DNA from: Longimicrobiales bacterium
GTDB lineage: Bacteria; Gemmatimonadota; Gemmatimonadetes; Longimicrobiales; Gaopeijiaceae
Assembly (NCBI GenBank): GCA_965238005.1
Contig: OZ250165.1
Location: 3,616,001 to 3,680,000 of the forward strand
Direction: 5' to 3'
DNA length: 64,000 nucleotides
How positions within the stretch are numbered: the first letter of the stretch is position 1; every line of letters starts with the position of its first letter. The notes under the pieces were generated by a model that ran no database searches, was not told the origin of the DNA, and saw only the letters and a program-made list of their open reading frames with translations. Shown piece by piece: positions 9,723-18,536 of this stretch. The position numbers and the translations under genes are program-made.

Positions 9723-11533
9723 GCGACGAGACCTCCCCCACCCCGCACGGCGGCCTGACCGACGATCCCTCTCCGACCAAGCACGGCGGCCTAACCAACG
9801 AGCACGCGCCCGACTCCGTCAGCGGCCCGGCCCACCACGACTCACGTGCCCCGCGCCCGGCCGCAGGCCACGTCAACGTGGCGGCCTACCTACCCGAGAC
9901 GGCCAGCCGGCACCCCCATGCCCTGGCCGTAGCGGTGACCGTGGGGAGGAACCCGGACGGGACGGGGCGCTACACGAAGCTGACGGCGGCCGAGCTCGAC
10001 CGGCGCTCCGACCGGATCGCCCACGCCCTCGTCGGCGCCGGAATCGGCGAAGGCGTGCGCACGGTGCTCATGGTCAAGCCCAGCCTCGAGTTCTTCGCCC
10101 TTACCTTCGCCATGCTGAAGGTCGGCGCCATCCCCGTCATGGTCGATCCCGGAATGGGAACGAAGAATCTGGGACGCTGTCTGGCGGACGCGGAGCCCGA
10201 GGCGTTCATCGGGATCCCGAAGGCCCACGTGGCCCGGATCGTCCTCGGCTGGGCCAAAGAGACCCTGAAGACCAAGGTGACCGTGGGTCGCCGACTGTTC
10301 TGGGGCGGACATTCCCTGGCCGCCCTCGAGGCCCGGGCACCGGAGGAGCCCTATCCGGTGCTGGAGCCAGACCCGGAGCAGACCGCTGCCATCCTGTTCA
10401 CCAGTGGAAGCACGGGGATCCCCAAGGGGGCGGTAACTCCGTTTCGGGTCTTCTCCGCACAGGTCGACGCCCTCCGGGACGTGTACGGGATCGAGCCCGG
10501 TGAGCGGGACCTGGCGACGTTCCCACTTTTCGCTCTCTTCGGTCCTGCGCTGGGAATGGCTTCGGTGGTCCCCGATATGGACGCCAGCCGCCCGGGCACC
10601 GCGGACCCGGAGCTGCTCTTCCAGGCGTTCCGTGACTTCGAATGCACCAACCTCTTCGCCTCTCCGGCGCTCATCGACAAGCTGGGACGGTACTGCGACG
10701 ACCAGGGTCTCGAGCTGACCTCTCTGCGCCGCGCGATCTCGGCGGGGGCTCCGGCGTCGAATCCGGCCCTGGAGACGTTCCAGCGGTGCCTCCCGGCGGG
10801 AGTCGAAGTGCTCACGTCCTACGGTGCCACGGAGTCACTGCCCATCTCGTACCTGGGGAGCGAGACCATCCTCCGGGAGACTCGGCAAATCACGGACCAG
10901 GGCGGAGGCGTCTGTGTCGGGAGACCGATGCCCGGAATGGACGTCCGGATCATCCCTATCCACGACGATCCCGTCGAGCGCTGGTCTGACGATCTTGCTC
11001 TGCCCGTGGGCGAGATCGGCGAGATCGTCGTCCGCGGCCCGGTGGTGACACCGTCGTACTATAACCGGCCGGAGTCTACCAAGCTGGCGAAGATCCCCAC
11101 GCCCGACGAAGGTCTCTGGCACCGCATGGGAGACGTGGGCTACCTCGACCAGAGCGGGCGCCTCTGGATGTGCGGCCGCAAGGGCCACCGCGTCGAGACC
11201 GAAAGGGGTACGCTCTTCACGATCCCGTGCGAGGCCGTCTTCAACACCCATCCCGCGGTTCGCCGGACCGCACTGGTAGGGGTGGAACAGACGGGCAAGA
11301 CGATACCGGTCCTGTGTGTGGAAAGGGAGCCCGGTGCCACCCTCGACGACAGCGTGCTCACCCAGGAGCTCCTCGCCATCGCACAGAAGCATGAGCATAC
11401 GCGGGAGATCGCCACGGTCCTTTACCACCGGTCCCTCCCGGTGGATGTGCGCCACAATGCGAAGATCTTCCGCGAGGAGCTGGCGGCGTGGGCCCAAAAG
11501 AAGCTGGGGTCGGCCCGGGGGAAGCTGACGTGA
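9719..11533 (+). CDS. oleC: OleC beta-lactone synthetase (AMP-dependent ligase)
   Basis: ATGA overlap with oleB; FTSGSTGIPKG, SYGATE, WHRMGDVG and PVDVRHNAKIFRE motifs. Confidence 0.9.
   Translation: MSDETSPTPHGGLTDDPSPTKHGGLTNEHAPDSVSGPAHHDSRAPRPAAGHVNVAAYLPETASRHPHALAVAVTVGRNPDGTGRYTKLTAAELDRRSDRIAHALVGAGIGEGVRTVLMVKPSLEFFALTFAMLKVGAIPVMVDPGMGTKNLGRCLADAEPEAFIGIPKAHVARIVLGWAKETLKTKVTVGRRLFWGGHSLAALEARAPEEPYPVLEPDPEQTAAILFTSGSTGIPKGAVTPFRVFSAQVDALRDVYGIEPGERDLATFPLFALFGPALGMASVVPDMDASRPGTADPELLFQAFRDFECTNLFASPALIDKLGRYCDDQGLELTSLRRAISAGAPASNPALETFQRCLPAGVEVLTSYGATESLPISYLGSETILRETRQITDQGGGVCVGRPMPGMDVRIIPIHDDPVERWSDDLALPVGEIGEIVVRGPVVTPSYYNRPESTKLAKIPTPDEGLWHRMGDVGYLDQSGRLWMCGRKGHRVETERGTLFTIPCEAVFNTHPAVRRTALVGVEQTGKTIPVLCVEREPGATLDDSVLTQELLAIAQKHEHTREIATVLYHRSLPVDVRHNAKIFREELAAWAQKKLGSARGKLT
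9725..9796 (+). repeat. Imperfect 36-bp tandem duplication at the OleC N-terminus
   Basis: Encodes DETSPTPHGGLT / DDPSPTKHGGLT. Confidence 0.75.
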
Positions 11534-12549
11534 AGGTGCTCGTCACTGGCGCGGGCGGCTTCCTGGGAGGCGCCATCGCGCGGGCACTGAAGGAGCGGGG
11601 CGACGATGTGCGCGGATTCTCCCGAGGAGATCATCCCGAGCTGGTATCCCAGGGCGTCGAGCAGCACTGCGGTAACGTGGCCGATCCGAAGGCCGTGACG
11701 GAAGCGGTCCGGGGCGTGGACATCGTCTTTCACGCGGCCGCGAAGGTGGCCGCCGGAGGGCGCTACAGAGACTTCTACGGCACGAACGTGAGGGGCACCG
11801 AGAACGTCATCGCCGCCTGCCGCGAATGCAGGGTGGGATCCCTGGTCTACACGTCCACGCCCAGCGTCACCTTCGGGCTAACGGATCTGGAGGGGGTGGA
11901 CGAGTCCATCGGCTACTCGGACCACTTCGAGGCCTTCTACGGTGAGACCAAGGCCAAGGCCGAGCGTCGGGTCCTGGCAGCGGCCTCGGACGGGCTCCGT
12001 ACCGTGGCCCTGAGACCTCACCTGGTATGGGGTCCCGGCGATACGTCCGTCCTGCCTCGTGTCGTGGAGCGCGCTCGGAAAGGCCAGCTCCGTCGCATCG
12101 ACGGTCCTCCGAAGCGCTCGGGCCACACATACATCGACGACGCCGTCCGGGCGCACCTGATCGCCGCCGACCAGCTCATGGCCGGCGGACAGGAGGCCTC
12201 TCGGATCAACGGCCGTCCCTACTTCATCAGCGCAGGGGAGCCGGTCGAGATCTGGACCTTCCTGAACGGGCTGCTGGACGCGGCGGGAGTTCCCCCGGTG
12301 GAGAAGCGCATATCGCTCCGGGCCGCCATGGCCGCCGGATGGGTGTTGGAAAAGCTGCACGCCCTGTCCGGGGGCAAGGGCGACCCCCGGATGAGCCGGT
12401 GGATCATCCGGGAGCTCACCACGTCCCACTGGTTCGACATCAGCGCCGCCCGTAGGGACCTGGGCTACGAGCCACAGGTGTCGATGGAAGAGGGGATGCG
12501 CCGGCTTGCGGCCTGGGTGACAGAACAGGGTGGCGTTCCCGGTGCCTGA
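11530..12549 (+). CDS. oleD: OleD 2-alkyl-3-oxoacid reductase (3-beta-HSD-like SDR)
   Basis: GTGA overlap with oleC; TGAGGFLG, YTSTPSV, YGETK and LRPHLVWGPGD motifs. Confidence 0.9.
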   Translation: MKVLVTGAGGFLGGAIARALKERGDDVRGFSRGDHPELVSQGVEQHCGNVADPKAVTEAVRGVDIVFHAAAKVAAGGRYRDFYGTNVRGTENVIAACRECRVGSLVYTSTPSVTFGLTDLEGVDESIGYSDHFEAFYGETKAKAERRVLAAASDGLRTVALRPHLVWGPGDTSVLPRVVERARKGQLRRIDGPPKRSGHTYIDDAVRAHLIAADQLMAGGQEASRINGRPYFISAGEPVEIWTFLNGLLDAAGVPPVEKRISLRAAMAAGWVLEKLHALSGGKGDPRMSRWIIRELTTSHWFDISAARRDLGYEPQVSMEEGMRRLAAWVTEQGGVPGA

Positions 12550-13255
12550 GGGCTGGTGGCCGGCCCGGGACTGGACACCGCCCGGCGAGCACTTCATCGA
12601 CGTGTGGCGGCTGGATCTGACCGTCCTGGAAGAAGACTGGGACCTCCTCAGCCCGGACGAATCCGAGCGTGCGAGCTGCATCGTCGTAGAGGAGAAGCGG
12701 GATCAGAAGGCAGCAAGCCGGGCTCACCTGCGGCGCATACTGGCCCGGTACCTCGACGCTGATCCCAGGAGCCTTCGCTTCGAGTACGGAGAGCACGGCA
12801 AGCCGGGCCTTGCCAAGAACCTCAATCCGAGATTCAACCTCTCCCACTCCGAGAAGGTTGGCCTCGTCGGGGTGACGACGGACGTCCGCATCGGCGTCGA
12901 TGTGGAGCAGGCGCGCGAAGGACGGGCCTTCTCGGACCTGGCGCAGCGGTTCTTCTCCGTGGAGGAGAGCGCGGCGCTGGAAGAGCTCACCGAGTCGGAG
13001 CGGCCGGCGGCCTTCTACCGGGCGTGGACCCGCAAGGAAGCCTACCTCAAGGCGTTGGGTACCGGCCTGAGCTTCCCGTCGAGCGCGTTCACGATCGAGT
13101 ACGCGACGGAGGGCCCGGGCCAGCTGGTGGCCACCGAGATGCCCGGGGATGATCCTGCCGTCTGGCGCTTCGCCGACGTGGAACTGGGCTCCAACTTTAC
13201 GGGCGCCATCTGCTTCGAGGGACCGGAGCGTCTCATTCGCTGGTGGGAGGCCTGA
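12530..13255 (+). CDS. Sfp-type 4'-phosphopantetheinyl transferase (PfaE-like)
   Basis: GKP, FNLSHS, IGVDVE and WTRKEAYLKALG motifs; overlaps oleD by 20 nt. Confidence 0.9.
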   Translation: MAFPVPEGWWPARDWTPPGEHFIDVWRLDLTVLEEDWDLLSPDESERASCIVVEEKRDQKAASRAHLRRILARYLDADPRSLRFEYGEHGKPGLAKNLNPRFNLSHSEKVGLVGVTTDVRIGVDVEQAREGRAFSDLAQRFFSVEESAALEELTESERPAAFYRAWTRKEAYLKALGTGLSFPSSAFTIEYATEGPGQLVATEMPGDDPAVWRFADVELGSNFTGAICFEGPERLIRWWEA

Positions 13256-13296
13256 GCCGGGAAGACGAGTGGTGGCAGGTCTTCCTATTGCTCGCC

Positions 13297-13358
13297 CTAC
13301 TCCTGCTTGAGCGCCTGAATCGGATCCACCACGCGGCTCTCCGTCCGGGCACGAGGGC
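13297..13358 (-). pseudogene. ADOP-type ABC permease C-terminal remnant (frameshifted)
   Basis: Minus strand reads ALVPGRRAA, then after a frameshift VDPIQALKQE-stop, the typical PARRA..VDP..ALR.E terminus. Confidence 0.6.
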
Positions 13359-13790
13359 ATGCTTACCGGCTTGTCCAAGTACGCGGGCGAGGAGGTGCGC
13401 AGACGGGGATCGAGCCCGAAGCTGCAGGTGCTCAATACCGCGCTCATGAGTACACAGTCCGGCATGACGATCGAGGAAGCCCGTGTGGACACCGAGTACT
13501 GGGGGCGACTCGTGGAGTCGGCCGTGGGGGCACATCTGGCCAACGCCGCCGCGGGTGGTATCTGCCAGACGTTCTACTGGCGTGAACGCAACCGCGAGGT
13601 GGATTTCGTGGTGAAGTCCGGTCGGATCGTCACGGCCATCGAGGTCAAGAGTGCCCGGGCGCGCGGCTCCCTGCCCGGAATGGCAGCCTTCGCGAAGGCC
13701 TTCAGACCGGACCTAATGTTACTCGTAGGTGGAGACGGGATCGCCCTCGAGGAGTTCCTTCTCAGACCTGTGGAACACTGGGTAAGATGA
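13359..13790 (+). pseudogene. C-terminal DUF4143 fragment of an AAA+ ATPase
   Basis: SSPKLQVLNTAL, GRLVESAVGAHL and YWRERNREVDFV..IEVKS; the N-terminal AAA domain is absent and the upstream frame is closed. Confidence 0.7.
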
Positions 13791-13889
13791 GCCCCGGAGC
13801 CTCGACTACGGCACCACGCTTCAGCTAGGAGCGGCCGCACCCCGTCACTCGTACGGGCTCCTCCATCCCCCTTCCCTCCGACGTCGAAC

Positions 13890-14102
13890 TGGGCCGCGGG
13901 AATGCCGGTGGTTGTAAGCACGCGCGTCACCACGGGCCGGACCCTGCCCCTCTACGCAGGAAAAGGGAGCGGCGTGACCCTAAAAGAGATCGGGTGCATC
14001 TTCGCGGACAATCTGAGTCCCCAGAAGGCCCGGGTGATGCTGTTGGCCGCTCTAGCGGCCCCGCCCCGCGCTGGTGGGATCGAGGCGTACTTCAGCCGAT
14101 GA
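13890..14102 (+). pseudogene. L-asparaginase C-terminal fragment
   Basis: GMPVVVSTRV..G and DNLSPQKARVML motifs; catalytic N-terminal domain missing. Confidence 0.7.
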
Positions 14103-14129
14103 GACTTGTCGGTGGGGTGGAGGCTGAGA

Positions 14130-14690
14130 TCACGGCACCCAGGTCGTGAGTTCCGTGGCTGGCCGCCGGGCTTTCCCTTCCGGTTGGCTCTCGGGCTCGC
14201 CGATGTGGACGGTAGCCACGATCCTCTCCCCGTCGGGGAGTCCGACCGCCGCACGAGCGGCGGGGTCGTCCATGACGGCGCCCGTCCTGATATGGGTCCC
14301 CAGCCCCATCGTCTGCGCGACGAGCGACAGATTCTGGATGCCCATGAACGCGGCCGCGTAGTCCTCCTCGCGGATCTCGGGGTTGTCGTGCAGCGTGATG
14401 GCGACCGCGAGCATGGCCGGCAGCGCCTCGTGGGTCTCGGCCACCTTCTCGACGACAGCCTTGGCCGCCTCGGGATCGTCGACCCGTTTGGCCTTCCGGC
14501 ACCCCAGGGCCTCACCATAGGCACGACGTGACCGGGGCCCGAGCACATAGAAACGCCACGGCTCCGTCATGCGGTGGTTCGGGGCCTGACAGGCCGCGCT
14601 GAGCAGCTGCTCGATCTCCTCCTGCGTTACGGGACGGTCGGTGAACGTCTTGATCGAGCGACGAGCGTTGATGGAATCGATGATGTTCAT
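14130..14690 (-). CDS. Nitroreductase family protein
   Basis: RRSIKTF, APNHRMTEPWRF and IQNLSL..GLG motifs; start set at MNIIDS. Confidence 0.88.
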   Translation of the reverse strand: MNIIDSINARRSIKTFTDRPVTQEEIEQLLSAACQAPNHRMTEPWRFYVLGPRSRRAYGEALGCRKAKRVDDPEAAKAVVEKVAETHEALPAMLAVAITLHDNPEIREEDYAAAFMGIQNLSLVAQTMGLGTHIRTGAVMDDPAARAAVGLPDGERIVATVHIGEPESQPEGKARRPATELTTWVP

Positions 14691-14771
14691 ACGCCGGAGA
14701 TTAGGGTCTGCGCGTGTCCGAAAGCTGTACAATTTCGGGGATCCCGCCTACCGCGCCAGTGAGGAGGGGAG

Positions 14772-15932
14772 TCAGCTCGCCGAACCGACCTCCTCCGGCG
14801 CCCGCCCGACGATCCGCTCGTACGCATCCGGATCCGTCGCTCCTTCCGTGGCGATCGCGAGGACCCGAGCGTCCACCCCCATCCGGAGGGCCGATCTCAG
14901 CGACGGCGCCGATGCGACCGCCTCCAGGCCCGCCAGGCCGGCCACCCCCGACTCCCCGGCCACGACGGAGGGGTCGCCATCACGGCCCTCGGCCAATCGC
15001 CTCATGAGCGGCTCCACACGCTCCTCTGCCACCGTCATGAAGGCGTCTACACCTGGCTTGAGGATCGTCCACGCCAGGGGCGAGATTTCTCCGCAGGAGA
15101 GACCTCCCATGATCGTGTGGAGCGATCCGGACGCGTGTGACGGCTCGCCCGCGACGGCGCTCTGATAGAGACAGTCGGCCTCCTCGGGCTCGACAACGGT
15201 GAGGATCGGGCGCTCGACGCCATCCAGCTCCCAGAGGTGGCCGCACACGGTTGCGGACAGACCGCCCACCCCGCCCTGGAGGAACATGTGGGTGGGTCGC
15301 TGTCCGTTTGGAATATACCCCAGGATCTCGTCCACCATCACGCTGTAGCCCTGCATGACCCAGCGCGGGACCTCCCCGTACCCTTCGTACGAGGTGTCCG
15401 AGACCACGTGCCACCCGTTGTGCCGAGCATCCTCGTCCGCCCGGACCACCGCCTCGTCGTAGGTCCCCTGCACCCGGACGGTCCGGGCGCCGAAGGCCGC
15501 GATCTCATCCACTCGCCGCTCGGTCACGTGCTCCGGCAGATAGATAACGCACTGGCAGCCGTGGTTCCTGGCGCCCCACGCGACAGAGCGCCCATGGTTC
15601 CCGTCGGTCGCGGACGTAACGGTGACCGTATGGCTGAGTGCGTGATGGTCATCGCCGAGCTCACGCTCGAGCACCCGCAACACGCCGTACGCACCACCCA
15701 GCGCCTTGAAGCTCGCGAGGCCGAAGCGGGTCGACTCGTCCTTGAGCCAGAGCTCGCCCACTCCCAGGTCATGGGCCAGAGCAGGGAGGGAATGGAGCGG
15801 AGTCGGGTGATAGTCCGGCCAACCCCGGATCTCCCTCGCGGCGCGCCCGTACTCGGCGAGGCTGATGACCGCCCGCTCCGAGTTCCCGTAGGGGCGCACT
15901 CGGTCCAGGTTCGGATTGAGAAGGAAGGACAT
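14772..15932 (-). CDS. dpaL: Diaminopropionate ammonia-lyase (PLP, fold type II)
   Basis: YHPTPL, KDES.RFGLASFKALGG, ATDGNHGRSVAW, QGGVGG and GESGVAGL motifs. Confidence 0.88.
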   Translation of the reverse strand: MSFLLNPNLDRVRPYGNSERAVISLAEYGRAAREIRGWPDYHPTPLHSLPALAHDLGVGELWLKDESTRFGLASFKALGGAYGVLRVLERELGDDHHALSHTVTVTSATDGNHGRSVAWGARNHGCQCVIYLPEHVTERRVDEIAAFGARTVRVQGTYDEAVVRADEDARHNGWHVVSDTSYEGYGEVPRWVMQGYSVMVDEILGYIPNGQRPTHMFLQGGVGGLSATVCGHLWELDGVERPILTVVEPEEADCLYQSAVAGEPSHASGSLHTIMGGLSCGEISPLAWTILKPGVDAFMTVAEERVEPLMRRLAEGRDGDPSVVAGESGVAGLAGLEAVASAPSLRSALRMGVDARVLAIATEGATDPDAYERIVGRAPEEVGSAS

Positions 15933-16104
15933 GCTCAGGCCGCCGGGATCGCCGCCGGCCGTCCCGAATGCACCCGCTCTGCGTAGAGAGACGCCGAAAG
16001 ATCGCCCACCTGCCAGGGCCCCCAAAGGAGGCCAAACCCGATCTTCGCTTGTGTCTTCAACAGGATGGCTCCTGGTGCGTCCCGAAGAGGCGACGCCGGC
16101 TCGG

Positions 16105-16563
16105 TCACTCGTCGTGACGCGACTCTTGGCCGCCCGGGGGCTTCCTCGGCTGGTACACGATCTGCTGCAGCATGCCGGCCCGGCGGGGAAGCTCCATCTC
16201 CCCCGCCGGCATGGCGTTGGCGCTCAGGATGTAAGCCAGGACGTCCGCACTCTGCTGGCTGTTCAAGCTGCCGGGGTTGTCCATCGGCATGGAGATGCGT
16301 ATCCGGCGGGCCAGCTCGCTGAGTGGAACACCGTTCCAGTTCGAGCCGAACCGCCCACCCCTCAGCGGAGGCGCCAAGGCGATGCCCTCGAGCTCCCAGC
16401 CATGGCACACCGAGCATGCCGGACCATAGATTTCGGCACCCCGCTCCGCCTGCTCCATGGTGTAGACCCCGTCCCACACCGACTGCTGTGCGTCGAGCGG
16501 TGCGTGAGCCCCGCCGACAAACACCAGGCCGAAGACCATCGCAGCCATCACTTCCGCCTTCAT
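16105..16563 (-). CDS. Exported monoheme cytochrome c
   Basis: Signal peptide, SVWDGVYT..QA.RG, CSVCH heme motif, distal MP; lies downstream of a PQQ dehydrogenase remnant. Confidence 0.85.
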   Translation of the reverse strand: MKAEVMAAMVFGLVFVGGAHAPLDAQQSVWDGVYTMEQAERGAEIYGPACSVCHGWELEGIALAPPLRGGRFGSNWNGVPLSELARRIRISMPMDNPGSLNSQQSADVLAYILSANAMPAGEMELPRRAGMLQQIVYQPRKPPGGQESRHDE

Positions 16564-16611
16564 GGGCCCTCACAGGGCCAAGTACGCCGCGCGCACGGTG
16601 GGACGGGCGTC

Positions 16612-16701
16612 ACTTCGGGCCCCCTAACTTCGGCCCCCCTAACTTCGGGCCCCCTAACTTCGGGCCCCCTAGCTTCGGGCCCCCTAACTTCGGGCCCCCT
16701 A
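16612..16701. repeat. 15-bp tandem repeat x6 (acttcgggcccccta)
   Basis: Six contiguous near-identical units with no spacers; the last unit contains the stop codon of the PQQ dehydrogenase remnant. Confidence 0.95.
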
Positions 16702-16891
16702 GCCTTCATCGGGCAGCGTGTACGCGATGGACTCGCTCGTGTAGTCGCCACCGCTGACGGCGATGACGATGTACTGCTTTCCGTCCACCATGTACGTCAT
16801 GGGCGACCCACTCACCTGGGCCGGTATCCACACTTCGCCCACCTGCTCGCCTGAGCCCCGGGGCGCCATGATGCGGGCGTACGACAAGATG
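16699..16891 (-). pseudogene. C-terminal remnant of a PQQ-dependent (glucose-type) dehydrogenase with a micro-inversion
   Basis: Minus strand SGEQVGEVWIPAQVSGSPMTYMVDGKQYIVIAVSGG. The segment that normally precedes it (RGAMMRAYDK) is on the plus strand at 16859-16891. Confidence 0.75.
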
Positions 16892-16962
16892 ATCGTTAGC
16901 TCCTGGCCGAAAAGAAGAGGGACAATCTATTCGGCACGCACAGGACCGCCAGCCCGGCTTCG

Positions 16963-17052
16963 ATCCTTGGAGCCACGGGGCTCCTGGCCGCCTACTTGCC
17001 GGCGGCGCGCGCCACAAGGGTGGATCCGGTGGAATCGTTACGGGCCGACTGA
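16963..17052 (+). pseudogene. ADOP-type ABC permease C-terminal remnant
   Basis: Reads ILGATGLLAAYLPAARATRVDPVESLRAD-stop with no upstream ORF. Confidence 0.7.
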
Positions 17053-17121
17053 TCCCCAGCCGGAAAACCTTCGCAGGGTCGCACCCGTGCACGGAGCTGG
17101 CGGATCTCCTATCGTGCCGGA

Positions 17122-17814
17122 ATGAAGACGCCCACGATCTACCGGCTCCGACCCGGGCGCGTGGCGCTGCACCTCGGCCTCATCGCCGGGGTTCTCGCTG
17201 TCGTCCACATCGTCGCCATGCAGATCATCTTCAACGACGATCTGGGGCTGGCGGACCGGTGGGGACTGGAGTACTGGCACCTCTCCATCTTCGATCTGGA
17301 CGAAGAGGCCAGCTTCGGCACCTGGTTTACCGTGGTGATCCTGCTCATCGCCGGCCGTCTGCTATTGGCCCGGGCGAGGGTCCTGCGTGCCGAGGCGGAC
17401 CCGTGGTATCTGTGGTGGCTGATTCTGGGAATCGGCTTCCACATCCTCTCCCTCGACGAGGTCGTGGGAATGCACGAGCTGCTGAACACGATCATGGAGG
17501 ACACGCCCTGGACGGTCGTAGGCTTCTGGATCGTCGGGATCGTGGGCTTGTCGTACCTGCCCTTCCTCTGGCAATACCGGTGGCGGGCTGCGGGCCTGTT
17601 TCTCCTCGCGGGCGCCATCTACGCCGGCGGGGCCGTGGGCGTGGAGCACTTCACCGGCGCTGACGTGAATTCCCTCCACTACAACATGTGGACCACCCTC
17701 GAGGAGGGCATGGAGATGGCCGGCGTCATCGTGTTCATTTACGCGCTGCTGGACTACATGCCTGGAGAGCGGAATGACACGCTTCAGCTGGAGCTGAGTG
17801 CAGCCCACTCATAG
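17122..17814 (+). CDS. Multi-pass membrane protein of unknown function
   Basis: About 6 hydrophobic segments; LSLDEVVGMHE and EEGMEMAG motifs. Confidence 0.75.
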   Translation: MKTPTIYRLRPGRVALHLGLIAGVLAVVHIVAMQIIFNDDLGLADRWGLEYWHLSIFDLDEEASFGTWFTVVILLIAGRLLLARARVLRAEADPWYLWWLILGIGFHILSLDEVVGMHELLNTIMEDTPWTVVGFWIVGIVGLSYLPFLWQYRWRAAGLFLLAGAIYAGGAVGVEHFTGADVNSLHYNMWTTLEEGMEMAGVIVFIYALLDYMPGERNDTLQLELSAAHS

Positions 17815-18006
17815 CTCCAGCTCCCACGTCTCCTCCACCATCTCCTGGCCGAAGCTCCCGTGGGGCTCCTGGTACCCCCGCCGAGGAGCGTCACGACGGT
17901 CTCCATGGCGCCGGCCAGGCGCTCCCGATCCCGATCCGAAAGGGTGCCGAGCACGTCGGAGACCATGGTGCGCACCGCCTCATCCAGCTCCGCCCAGGCC
18001 CGCCGC
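17809..18006 (-). pseudogene. MarR-GNAT bifunctional gene remnant with an internal deletion
   Basis: MarR C-terminal helix (RRAWAELD..DRERLAGAMETV) joined out of frame to a GNAT tail (EPHGSFGQEMVEETWELEL-stop). Confidence 0.55.
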
Positions 18007-18233
18007 TCGACCGGGAAGCCCGTCCGTTTCGCGCTACGCACGTTGGGCGGCCCGGACGACGTGTCGGGTGCCGAGCCGGCGGACCTGACCTGGCTTTCGG
18101 CCGTCCCGGCCGATGTCGTGGATGCGGCTCGATCGACGGACGTTGTCGGCCCCGCGGGGGCGTCTGCCGTGCCGTCCGCGGGTCATCGCCACGCGCGGGA
18201 GCAGCCGAAGCGGACCGCCGTTCGTGGACTACT

Positions 18234-18530
18234 GTGGGCCTTTCTTCCGAGCTCCTGACGCTGGCGCCAGAGGCCGACGAAACCGACACCCTCATGCGAG
18301 CCCTTCGTGAGGGACGGATCGCGGGAGCGGGCCTGGATGTGACCGAGCCCGATCCGCTCCCCGTCGACCACGAGCTCTGGGGCATGCCCAACGTTCTCAT
18401 CACCCGACACCTCGGCGGGGACGGGGACGGTCACATGGAGCGCATGTGGCTCCTGTTCAGAGAAGACCTCCGCCGCTTCGTGAACGGAGAGCCGTTGCTG
18501 TCGGTGGTGGACAAGCGCCGGGGGTATTGA
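18234..18530 (+). pseudogene. D-2-hydroxyacid dehydrogenase C-terminal remnant
   Basis: ALREGRIAGAGLDVTEPDPLP..LW..PNVLIT and VVDKRRGY; NAD-binding core is missing. Confidence 0.75.
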
Positions 18531-18536
18531 GTCGGC

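Noticed and set aside
16612..16701. Possible CRISPR array
   Set aside because: 15-bp units are contiguous with no unique spacers, and there are no cas genes
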